Assembly (NCBI GenBank): GCA_039819385.1
Contig: JBCBSC010000012.1
Span: 14,371-78,370, forward strand
Origin: Pseudomonadota bacterium
Lineage (GTDB): Bacteria; Pseudomonadota; Gammaproteobacteria; Steroidobacterales; Woeseiaceae
DNA: 64,000 bases
Direction of reading: 5' to 3'
Position numbers and translations under genes: made by a program
Notes under the pieces: model-generated
Seen by the model: only the letters and a program-made list of their open reading frames with translations
Database searches by the model: none
Told to the model about the DNA's origin: nothing
Shown: positions 29,438 to 38,018 of the stretch, one piece after another
Layout of the letters: each line of letters opens with the position of its first letter
How positions within the stretch are numbered: the stretch's first letter is position 1

Positions 29438-30376
29438 ATGGACCCGGTAATCTGGTTTTTTCTGCTGGGGGTCCTGGCGGGACTGATGCGCTCCGACCTG
29501 CGCATGCCGAAGGCGGTTTATGAGCTGCTGAGCATGGTGCTGCTGCTCACGATCGGCTTGAAAGGCGGCGTAGAGCTTGCCCAGCAGCCGGTTGGCGGCC
29601 TCGTAGTTCAGGTTCTGGCCGTCGCCTCTATCGGACTTGTCATTCCGCTGGCGGTATTCTCCGCAATCCGCGCGCTGTCGTCCGCCCCGCGCGCGGACGC
29701 CGCTTCGCTGGCGGCGCACTATGGGTCAGTCAGCGTTGCCACCTACGCGGTTGGCGTGTCGTTCCTGGCTACCCGTAACGTGCCGGTCGATGCGCAGCTC
29801 CCGCTGTTTCTCGTCGTTCTGGAGGTTCCGGCGATCATGGTGGGTATCGTGCTCGCCAAAGGCGCCGCGGCGCGCTCGAACTGGGGCGGCGTCATGCACG
29901 AGGTATTCCTCGGCAAGTCGATTGTCCTGCTTATCGGCGGCCTGCTGATCGGCTGGCTGTCGGGTCCCGAAGGCATCGAACCGCTAGAGCCGCTGTTCTT
30001 CGATCTGTTCAAAGGCGTGCTCGCGCTGTTCCTGCTGGAGATGGGGCTCATAGCCGCCAACCAGGCCTCGGGCCTGAAGCGGCGCGCGACGCTCGTAATT
30101 CTGACCGCCATCCTGACCCCGGTTCCCGCGGCCATGCTCGGCATTGGCGTCGGCCATGTAATTGGCCTCAACGTGGGCGGGATGACTCTGCTGGGCGTGC
30201 TCGCGGGTAGCGCATCGTACATTGCCGCGCCCGCGGCGATGCGGATAGCGGTACCCGATGCCAATCCGTCGCTGTCGCTGTCGGCATCGCTTGGCATCAC
30301 GTTTCCGTTTAACATCTTTATCGGCGTTCCGCTGTACTACGGAGCGGCGCAATGGCTTGCTGGCGCAGGAGCATAA
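29438..30376 (+). CDS. Sodium-dependent bicarbonate transporter family permease (SbtA/DUF897-like)
   Basis: About 10-TM protein of typical size, beginning MDPVIWFFLLGVLAGLMRSDLRMP, with an internal repeat. Confidence 0.78.
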   Translation: MDPVIWFFLLGVLAGLMRSDLRMPKAVYELLSMVLLLTIGLKGGVELAQQPVGGLVVQVLAVASIGLVIPLAVFSAIRALSSAPRADAASLAAHYGSVSVATYAVGVSFLATRNVPVDAQLPLFLVVLEVPAIMVGIVLAKGAAARSNWGGVMHEVFLGKSIVLLIGGLLIGWLSGPEGIEPLEPLFFDLFKGVLALFLLEMGLIAANQASGLKRRATLVILTAILTPVPAAMLGIGVGHVIGLNVGGMTLLGVLAGSASYIAAPAAMRIAVPDANPSLSLSASLGITFPFNIFIGVPLYYGAAQWLAGAGA

Positions 30377-30379
30377 AGC

Positions 30380-30682
30380 ATGGAAATCACCGAAAGAAAA
30401 TTGCTGACGATCGTGGCCGAATCGGTACTTGAACCCCGCCTGATCGAAGTTGTCGATAAAATGGGTGCAGTCGGCTACACGATTACCGACGCACGCGGCT
30501 CCGGGAGCCGCGGCGCGCGCAGCGCCGGCTGGACACACAACGGCAATATCCGCTTCGAAGTGATCTGCACCGGTGAGATCGCCGACAGGATTGCGGCGCA
30601 CCTTCGCGAACACTATTACGCGAACTACGCCATGGTGTTGTTTATCACGGACGTGGGTGTGATGCGCCCCGACAAATTTTGA
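30380..30682 (+). CDS. P-II-like signalling protein (SbtB-like partner)
   Basis: 100 aa. KLLTIVAESVLEPRLIEVVDKMGAVGYTITDARGSGSRG beta-alpha-beta with a T-loop-like segment. Starts 3 nt after the permease. Confidence 0.78.
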   Translation: MEITERKLLTIVAESVLEPRLIEVVDKMGAVGYTITDARGSGSRGARSAGWTHNGNIRFEVICTGEIADRIAAHLREHYYANYAMVLFITDVGVMRPDKF

Positions 30683-30719
30683 CGATCAAGTCTTGGCGGA
30701 CAAGCTTAGGTAGGGTTTT

Positions 30720-31184
30720 ATGATTCGTGCACTCGTCGACAAGATCAGCCAGGCCGTGCAGGCCACGGACGGGCAGGAGAACGAAACGCGCGAGGATGTG
30801 CTGCGGCTCTGCACCGCCGTGCTCATGGTGGAGGTTGCGCGGGCGGATTACGATTTCGACGAATCCGAGTTCGATCTGCTGCTCGAGCTCATAAAGGTGC
30901 ACTTCGGCCTGTCCGCCGAGGACGCGACGCAGCTCGCCAACGAGGCGGCCGAGGTGGCGGAGGATTCCGTTTCCCTGCACGAATTCACCCAGCGCCTGCA
31001 TAAGCACTTGAGCGAGCGGGAGAAGGCGGAGGTCGTGTCGCTGCTGTGGCAGGTGGCCTACGCGGACGGCAGTCTCGACAAATTCGAGGATTCCATCGTT
31101 CTCAAGATCAGCGACCTGCTGTACGTCAGCCGCGGTAAAGTGATGCAGTTGAAGCACGATGCCGAGGTCGCCAAGTCGGCTTAG
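30720..31184 (+). CDS. TerB-family (tellurite-resistance-like) protein
   Basis: The VLMVEVARADYDFDESEFDLL...LLWQVAYADGSLDKFEDSIV repeat is typical of the TerB/DjlA N-terminal domain. Confidence 0.72.
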   Translation: MIRALVDKISQAVQATDGQENETREDVLRLCTAVLMVEVARADYDFDESEFDLLLELIKVHFGLSAEDATQLANEAAEVAEDSVSLHEFTQRLHKHLSEREKAEVVSLLWQVAYADGSLDKFEDSIVLKISDLLYVSRGKVMQLKHDAEVAKSA

Positions 31185-31301
31185 CGTTGCTCCGCAATCG
31201 CCGCAGCGGTGTTTGATACCGCCCGCCCAAACGAACGCAGCCGTGGTCGTGGACACGCGGAAGTCGAAAAAATCCTGTGTCGACAAGTCCTGGGGCCAGG
31301 C

Positions 31302-31329
31302 AAAAAAAAGGCCGGTCAAAAGACCGGCC
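31302..31329 (-). terminator. Rho-independent terminator of the minus-strand three-gene operon
   Basis: Minus strand reads GGCCGGTC-TTTT-GACCGGCC followed by a run of eight T. Confidence 0.7.
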
Positions 31330-31387
31330 TCGAGGAGTAGGCCGCAAACCGAGGGGGAGTGGTTCGCGGCTGTCTGAGCGATAAGCG

Positions 31388-33004
31388 TTACACGGGGTTG
31401 CCTATCGTGCCGTTACAAATCGGCGTAAACGCCGTCAGTGAGTCGAGCATCTGAGCGTTGCCGAGCCCGTTGTTCGGGAACAGGGTGCTGAACAGACCCA
31501 CCTCGTTGTGCAGAGCCATGTAGTTGAGTATCGCCGTGTTCACGAGCAGCGGCACGTTGTTGGCGGCGGGGGTCGCCGCGCGCTGCACGGACCCGTCGGC
31601 ACTCATGTAACCGATCTGCTGATGAATGGCCTGCTCTTCGGGCGTGGCGCCTATGATGGTAGGTCGCCGCGACGGGTTGTAGACCAGGAAGAACGAGCCG
31701 GCCGTGGACGAGTTGTCCGACGACCATTCGCCTTTACCGCGGCCTTCCGCCGAGTTGTCGATCGTGCCGTTGGAAGACAGCGAGCCGTCGGAGAACACGT
31801 ACAGCATCAGCGGTACGCCGCGCACGGCCGCATACTCGAGGCACGCGCCCATGCACTGTCCGGCGCGGAAGTCTTTGACTTCGCCTTCGGCGCGGGCGCC
31901 GCCGTGGTAGTCGTAGCCGCCCATCTCGATCGTCGCCGCGCCGGCGTAACCGTTCATGATGAGCTTCATGATCGCCGCCGTCTTCTGGAATTCGCGGCCG
32001 TCGCGTCCGCCGCTGTTGAATTCCGCGGTCGTGAAGATGCCGCCGGCATCCGCGACGATCTCCGGATCTTCAGCCGGGTCGATCGGCACGCCGCCGAAGC
32101 GGTCCGCAATGTCTGCGGCCTTCAGATAGCCGCAATTGACGGCCTGTTTGATCGCGGCGTCGTTGGCAATGTTGGTGTTGACGCTGCCGACCTTGGCTTC
32201 GCTGAGGCGGTAAATCGATTCCATGACCGCCGTGGCATCGTTCTTCGACAGGATGCCGACGAGTTCGCCCGTGTCCACGAGGTTGGTCACGTCGGACGGA
32301 CGGTCGACCTTGGTCGGGCGCAGTTCGGGATCGTAGAGCATCATCGGCAGCATCGAGTTGCCGCCGGAATCCGTATTCTCGGAGCCAGCGAGCGTCAGGA
32401 TCGAACCGGCCGCGCCGGCCCGGGCAATGCCGTACATTGGATTGTGCGGATTGTTACCCGTGTCGTTGTCGGAACGTGCCGGGATGATCGCGCCGTTGAT
32501 GTTGGCGGCGGTCGTCGCCGACACCTTGCTCATGATGCCGCGGCGGAATGCGCTGTCCAGGTGGAAGCCCAGCCCCAGGTCGAAGTTGGCGTACGGTTCG
32601 CCGAGAACGGGGTCGTTCAGGCTCGGCACCATGTCGCCGGGCAGTCCCATTTTCTCGTAACCGCCCGTACTCAGAAAGTCGAGCTGGCCGCCTTCGCCGC
32701 CAACCAGCACGTTCGAGTTCGCGATATTCGCGCCGCCCGCCAGATCGAAGGCAATGAACGGTATCTTGCCGGCGCCGTTGGTCGCGATCTCGCAGGGGTT
32801 TTGCAGCTGTCCCGCAAGGTCCGGCGAGAGGGCCGCCAGCGCGTCGCGCGGCGCCCCCATCAGTCCGGCAAGGCTGACCGCGCTGGTGTACGCCGCGCCG
32901 CTCATGAAACCCTGAGCGACAAACTGGCGGCGCGTGACAGGACGCGGATGATCTCCATGCAGCTGGGGAGCATCGAAGTCCCGAGCGTTTCGTCTCTTAG
33001 CCAT
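31388..33004 (-). CDS. Tat-exported protein, distantly DUF1501 / alkaline-phosphatase-superfamily-like
   Basis: Twin-arginine motif TRRQFV (RR codons at 32927..32932) followed by an h-region. FDLAGGANIAN and GGYDYHGG...LYVFSDG resemble DUF1501 metal-site segments. Family assignment is tentative. Confidence 0.8.
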   Translation of the reverse strand: MAKRRNARDFDAPQLHGDHPRPVTRRQFVAQGFMSGAAYTSAVSLAGLMGAPRDALAALSPDLAGQLQNPCEIATNGAGKIPFIAFDLAGGANIANSNVLVGGEGGQLDFLSTGGYEKMGLPGDMVPSLNDPVLGEPYANFDLGLGFHLDSAFRRGIMSKVSATTAANINGAIIPARSDNDTGNNPHNPMYGIARAGAAGSILTLAGSENTDSGGNSMLPMMLYDPELRPTKVDRPSDVTNLVDTGELVGILSKNDATAVMESIYRLSEAKVGSVNTNIANDAAIKQAVNCGYLKAADIADRFGGVPIDPAEDPEIVADAGGIFTTAEFNSGGRDGREFQKTAAIMKLIMNGYAGAATIEMGGYDYHGGARAEGEVKDFRAGQCMGACLEYAAVRGVPLMLYVFSDGSLSSNGTIDNSAEGRGKGEWSSDNSSTAGSFFLVYNPSRRPTIIGATPEEQAIHQQIGYMSADGSVQRAATPAANNVPLLVNTAILNYMALHNEVGLFSTLFPNNGLGNAQMLDSLTAFTPICNGTIGNPV

Positions 33005-33033
33005 AGTCTGTATTTCCTTATTCGTCCTGTCGA

Positions 33034-35565
33034 TTACTGTACGAGGGTCGCGGCGCTGCCGAGCGTGGCGGCGCAGACACCCTTGGAGATAGCTTCGGTG
33101 CTCGAACCACCCGCGATCAGGCGATCGATCAGGTTGTCCGGGCGGTTACCGTCACCGTTGGCCGATGCAAGTTCGCTGTAGACCGTCATGAACGACGGCT
33201 GGCTTGCGAGCTGCGGACCGCTGCGGCTGTTGCCGACGATGCCGGCGATCAGCGGATCGACGAACAGGTCGCGGTTGGCGCCGCCGAAGGCCGTCCCTGG
33301 CGCGGCGCCGAAGTTGAAGCCCGGGAAGTAGCTGGCGCGTGCCGTCGTATCGTTGATCAGCGCGTTGCAGTACTCGATGGCGAGCTGCGCGACGGCGACC
33401 TGATGTGACGACAGGAAGGTGTTGACGTCCTCTACCGCGGGCAGCGACTGGCGCAGCTCCTGGTAGGTCATGTCGACTGCCATGCTGTTGGGATCGACCC
33501 CCGTAACCGCCGCAAAGCTCGCGTTGATCTCATCGAAGGTGCGGAAGCCAATGTGCGACGAGGGATCGAGATCGGTCGGTGAAATCACCAGTACCGGGTC
33601 CTCTGTACGCGCATAGCTTTGGCCGGCGAGCTGATCGAAAGTCAGGAAGAACTCGTCCTCCTGCGGACCTTTCTCGAGCGGCAGCACCGCGCCCAGCACC
33701 GAGAGCTGCTGGCCGAGGTCGCCGAACAGCGTGGCATCGAGCGTCGTGTTGAGCGTGGCGTAGGTCTGACCGACGGGTGCTTCCGCGCCGTTCAGTCCGA
33801 TGCGCATGCCGTCGAGCGGAATGCCGGTCGGCGACGAGCCGTCGAGCGTCACGAAGTGCGGACGGTCGAACAGATACGCGTAAGAGTCGAACTGCTGCAC
33901 CTCGAAGAGGATGTAGGACGACTGCGGCGCGGCCTGCAGGATCTCTGAAATGTCGAACAGCAGGAAGAATTTCTCGCCCACGCCGACGTCGAAGTTCTGC
34001 GTGATCTGTTCCTGGGTCAGCGCGGAGTTGTGAACGGCGACCAGGCGAATCGTGCCTTCCCAGGGCGCATCGCCCGAAGCTTCGTTGCCGAGGACAAACG
34101 CGAAGGTGTCCTGCCAGTCGGCGATCGTGCCGCCGGCCGTCTGGTCGACGTTGCTGACCAGCTCGCCGTTGACGTAGATCCGGCGACCTTCGAGCGGATC
34201 GTAGGTGGCGACGACGTGCTGCAAGGTGGCCTGCAGTACTTCGTCGGCCGAAGGCGTCGACAGTGCCGGATCGCCGTTCAGGCCGGTTTCAGTGTGCCGC
34301 AGACGGAAGTCGTAATCGTACAGGGTTTGCTGCAGCGTGAAGTTGCGTGCTTCCGGGCCCGCCGAGTAGCTTACGATACGAGCCATTTCCTGCGTAACGT
34401 TGGCGGGGATCACCCAGGCCTCGATCGAGAACAGGCCGTTCGACTGTTGGATGAAGTCGAAGAGCTTCTTGCTGCCGGTCGTCGAACCCTGGGCCTTGCC
34501 GCCATTGAGCGTAATGCCCCAGCCGCCGAACCATTCGACTTCCGGAGACAGGTTCAGGTCCAGCGCCGGTGCAACACCCGAGGTATCCGCGGCGACGCGG
34601 ATGTCCGGGTCTTCGCTGCCGGATTTGAATTCCCACAGGGCAATCTGATCGTTTTCGTAGCGGTTGCCGCCCGATGCGACCGTGCCGTCGATGAGCCTGA
34701 GCGCCTTACTGACGACGAGGCTGGGATCGACCGTTGTGGGTACGATGCCGCTCGCGAACTGCTCGATCGCGGCCTGCATTGTGTTTGCGGAGTTCTCGCA
34801 GCTACCGCCCCAGCAGTTGTGGAATTCGTTGCGCAGGCGGATGACCAGGCGCGAAGCGGCCGGGTCGTCGAGATCGATACGTGGCTGGGCGGCCTCGTAG
34901 GCACTGGCCACGTCCGGGTCGGCCATGTACGGCTGGCGCGGATCTTCCGATTCGGAGCTGTGACACTCGGAGCAGTAGGGCACGAGGATCGGCTGATGGA
35001 TCAGCGTTGCGAACGCCGAAGAATCGTCCGGGAAGTTCTTGCTCGCGCCCGGGTCTTTGGGCTCCGGCGCCGTCAGCGTAATCGTGCGGCCGCCGCCGGC
35101 AATGTCGCCGGCCCAGTTCTGTATCCAGCGCGTCATGAGCGACGTGCAAACGGACAGGTCGGGCGACCAGCAGTTGTGGCCTCCGCCGACCTTGGCAACG
35201 ACGCGAGATTGCGCCGGCTGGGTCAGGTCAACGACCGTAAGCGCTTCGTCATACGCCAGGTTGACGTCGTCGAAGCGGACGAACAGCGGCGGCTGTGCCG
35301 TCGTTTCGTTATGGCAGTCGCCACAGCTTCCCTGCTCGCGTACGTCGGTCCAGAACGTGTTCTGGAATTTCTGCACGTCGCCGTCGCGGGCGCCCGGTCC
35401 GGAATAAATCGGTCCGCCGCCACCGCCGCCGGTCGGGGGCGCCGGGTTGTCGACCGTACCCGCTCCGCCGCCACAGGCTGCAAGAACGAAGCTTGCAAAC
35501 GCGGCCAGCGAGGCGCCTCTCAGACGCAGACTTCCCTGCAAGGCATTTTCCATTGCGTTTCTCAT
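33034..35565 (-). CDS. Large lipoprotein with two CxxCH haem motifs, two HNCW motifs and a LamG-like central domain
   Basis: Lipobox FVLAAC followed by a Gly/Pro linker. CGDCH at 35311..35325 and CSECH at 34960..34974. LamG-like segment (FSIEAWVIPAN...HVVATYDPLEGRRIYVNGELV). Strong RBS GGGAGCAGGA. Confidence 0.85.
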   Translation of the reverse strand: MRNAMENALQGSLRLRGASLAAFASFVLAACGGGAGTVDNPAPPTGGGGGGPIYSGPGARDGDVQKFQNTFWTDVREQGSCGDCHNETTAQPPLFVRFDDVNLAYDEALTVVDLTQPAQSRVVAKVGGGHNCWSPDLSVCTSLMTRWIQNWAGDIAGGGRTITLTAPEPKDPGASKNFPDDSSAFATLIHQPILVPYCSECHSSESEDPRQPYMADPDVASAYEAAQPRIDLDDPAASRLVIRLRNEFHNCWGGSCENSANTMQAAIEQFASGIVPTTVDPSLVVSKALRLIDGTVASGGNRYENDQIALWEFKSGSEDPDIRVAADTSGVAPALDLNLSPEVEWFGGWGITLNGGKAQGSTTGSKKLFDFIQQSNGLFSIEAWVIPANVTQEMARIVSYSAGPEARNFTLQQTLYDYDFRLRHTETGLNGDPALSTPSADEVLQATLQHVVATYDPLEGRRIYVNGELVSNVDQTAGGTIADWQDTFAFVLGNEASGDAPWEGTIRLVAVHNSALTQEQITQNFDVGVGEKFFLLFDISEILQAAPQSSYILFEVQQFDSYAYLFDRPHFVTLDGSSPTGIPLDGMRIGLNGAEAPVGQTYATLNTTLDATLFGDLGQQLSVLGAVLPLEKGPQEDEFFLTFDQLAGQSYARTEDPVLVISPTDLDPSSHIGFRTFDEINASFAAVTGVDPNSMAVDMTYQELRQSLPAVEDVNTFLSSHQVAVAQLAIEYCNALINDTTARASYFPGFNFGAAPGTAFGGANRDLFVDPLIAGIVGNSRSGPQLASQPSFMTVYSELASANGDGNRPDNLIDRLIAGGSSTEAISKGVCAATLGSAATLVQ

Positions 35566-35576
35566 TATCCTGCTCC

Positions 35577-36785
35577 CTAGTCGCCCATGCAGTGAACGGC
35601 CGTATCAGCAAAAACCTGCTTCATGCTGTAGCCCGTCGTGCGGAAGGTGTTGATGATCTGGTCGACAGCCGTGCGGTCGGTCTGGTCCTCGGGGTCGCGC
35701 AGACAAACGGCTTTGAAGACCTTCCTGACCTGGCAGGAAGCGAATGCGTGCGAATTGCCGAGCTCTTCACCAAGCGTCTTGGCGCCCTGGCCCTGCCCCG
35801 GAAGACCCGGGTCGAAGCCGAGATACGAGTTCTGGCCAATCCGCCAGTAGTTCTCCCAGCTATCGTCCGGCGTGCGGAAACCCTGCGGGAAGTTCAGATC
35901 GTTGTTGAAGTACTTCGGCTGCACGACACCCTGGGTGTACTGGATCGAGCCTGCGCCTTCGTCGTAGTTGTAATAGGCAAACGCCTGCGCCATCGGGTCC
36001 ATGCCCGTGTGGCAGCCCACGCAGTTGTTCAGGAACAGGCGGCTGTCACCGCCCGGACTGCGGGAGACGTCCTGGCGGATGCGATCCGGCGGCAGCTTGG
36101 GATCGTGCATTTGTTCGAGGTCGTTGCACATGTGATTCAGCAGCGTGAAGCGGAACATCGCGCGGTTGGTGCCCGCGACAAAAAAGGCTTCGGCCGCAGC
36201 GCGCGAAGTCATCACGCCGGCCGTGGCCGTGGAGGGCAGGCCGTTGACGGAGGACTGCGTCGTGCTCACAAGGTCGGTGTACAGATTGACGTTGTCGGCT
36301 TCGAGCTGTTCGTAGTGATTGTTGTTGTTGGCCGCCGGTGCCGCTGCAACAACCCCTGGGCTGCCGACGTACTGAAGATCGGCTGAGAGCAGCGTGTTGA
36401 ACGGCACGTCGTCGCGGACCATACCAATGACCGTGGCAATGTAGTCGTTAAGCGGTACGAACACCGACTGATCGCGGTTGGTCCACGGTGCCGCGAAGTT
36501 CTTTAACGTCACATTGTAGAAGTTGACGTTTTCCATCGCCTTATTGGCCGCAGCGGCCGGATCGCCATCGATAGCAATGAAATCCTCCATCTGCTGCAGA
36601 ATCGTCTCGGAGGGCGGCACGCCCGCGAGCCTGTCGTGGATCCGTTTGGCCTGCTCGCGCGGTCCCGCGACGGCGGGAGCCGCTATTGCAACAGCCAGTA
36701 CCGTGGCGATCAGCGATCGCGTAACGGTCGTTTTGGCTGCCGCTATGCCGGCCGCATTTGTTTTCATCCATGTCATGTTTTTCAT
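35577..36785 (-). CDS. Secreted mono-haem protein, DUF1588-like (planctomycete cytochrome-domain type)
   Basis: Signal peptide ending AVAG. CVGCH-TGMDPMAQAF at 36009..36023 resembles the DUF1588 CxxCH-x2-DP-x-G signature. Confidence 0.82.
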   Translation of the reverse strand: MKNMTWMKTNAAGIAAAKTTVTRSLIATVLAVAIAAPAVAGPREQAKRIHDRLAGVPPSETILQQMEDFIAIDGDPAAAANKAMENVNFYNVTLKNFAAPWTNRDQSVFVPLNDYIATVIGMVRDDVPFNTLLSADLQYVGSPGVVAAAPAANNNNHYEQLEADNVNLYTDLVSTTQSSVNGLPSTATAGVMTSRAAAEAFFVAGTNRAMFRFTLLNHMCNDLEQMHDPKLPPDRIRQDVSRSPGGDSRLFLNNCVGCHTGMDPMAQAFAYYNYDEGAGSIQYTQGVVQPKYFNNDLNFPQGFRTPDDSWENYWRIGQNSYLGFDPGLPGQGQGAKTLGEELGNSHAFASCQVRKVFKAVCLRDPEDQTDRTAVDQIINTFRTTGYSMKQVFADTAVHCMGD

Positions 36786-37152
36786 AACGATCCTGCTCAC
36801 GAACTGGTTCGTCCCCAACGATTCGCCGGCCGCTCAAGCGGCTGGCCCGTTTGACGCAAGTTGTAAGGAGTGATTCAGAAATCCCGCGAGTCCACTCGGT
36901 TGCTGGTCTCGTTTCCATCCGGGCTACTGCACATTCCCGACAACTAAATCGTCGTCTGCCGAATTGCGTTTGTCGTCGACACTTGTCATCGACATTGCCG
37001 TTCGGCGTGACCGCATGCTTAATCTCTTGAAGCAGCGCTCAAAGACTGTGGACATCCTTGTGTCTCTTGGTTGCCGGTTTCTTCGCCAACGGCCTCCTGG
37101 CCTTAAGAAGATTCCAGCTGCATGCATCCTGCCAATTCGAGTTCCGGATTGC

Positions 37153-37168
37153 CGTGAATGCATTCACA
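37153..37168. promoter_or_regulatory. CRP-family-like palindrome CGTGA-ATGCAT-TCACA
   Basis: Contains the 14-bp perfect palindrome GTGAATGCATTCAC. Matches TGTGA-N6-TCACA at 9 of 10 core positions. Lies in the 1.2-kb spacer. Confidence 0.35.
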
Positions 37169-38018
37169 GTCCTTGTTCGACGAGCGTTATGCGGTCCTTG
37201 CGCGGCCAGACAGAACGCTGCGGTCCCTCTGGATAAAGCAAGTGCTGTGCCAGTCTCCCGAGCGCGGCCTGAATAAGCCAAAATTTCATTTAATATCAAC
37301 AACTTGATGCTGGATGTCCGATGTGGCAAAAAGTCGCCATATGTCAAGTTGCTGTCGGCGCTTTCGTACATCGCCAGCGAGCACCGGTCGTAAGCTACTG
37401 ATTATTAAAGGAGCTGCAACTGTCTCCGAAGGGAGACAGAGTGACCATCCGGATTGGCACCTGTAGTAACAGCGGATTCCCCGCCGAACTTAAACCAGCT
37501 TATGAAGCGGCGTTCGGGGGAACGCAGAAAAGTGCGCGTCGCCTGCGCGAAATACACACAGCTCGAAACGTCCGCTCACGGAAAACGCGGTGCGTTCTTT
37601 CACTGTAGTGACGCGACCGCCGGGTATCGCGGCCGCACGAGCTAAGGCCCCTGCAGCACGAAGCAAAGCACAAATCGTCACTTTCTGACCCGGTCTGTCG
37701 CGGATTTTCGACATTACATCGCCCATTAACAGTCTTTTATACTCGCGCGCAACCGGAGCACGAATACGGCCGTGCAGCCAGATTTCGATTCCGGTAAACG
37801 CGAACGCGGTGGCGCTTGTGTGACGCCGTACCGATCTGCGGTTTGTGATCGCGTTAACGGTACGGCGCTCCTCTCGCGTCCACTATTGCACTTAACAAAA
37901 GGTAGGACTGTGCGCACCCGACACCCGAACCCCGAGAGAACGGAGACTCCCGAGGTAAGACATGGTCGCGCTGCGTCTTCGACATGAACAGACCGCCGTT
38001 TGATCCGAGGTATCAGTT

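Noticed and set aside
31508-33181. 557-aa ORF antisense to the Tat-signal protein gene
   Set aside because: It is antisense to a gene with a clean Tat signal, RBS and terminator. The composition is Arg/Val/Ala-rich with no motif.
34030-35580. 516-aa ORF antisense to the di-haem LamG lipoprotein gene
   Set aside because: Same reasoning as above. The sense frame carries the lipobox, CxxCH motifs and LamG-like sequence.
37039-37371. 110-aa ORF and neighbouring 60-80-aa ORFs inside the 1.2-kb spacer
   Set aside because: These are short and mutually overlapping, with no RBS, no motif and no coding-like composition. I treated the region as non-coding.
37455-37472. TGGCAC hexamer as a possible sigma-54 -24 element
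   Set aside because: There is no GC dinucleotide at the required +10 spacing (the sequence reads TGGCACCTGTAGTAAC), so the -12 element is missing.
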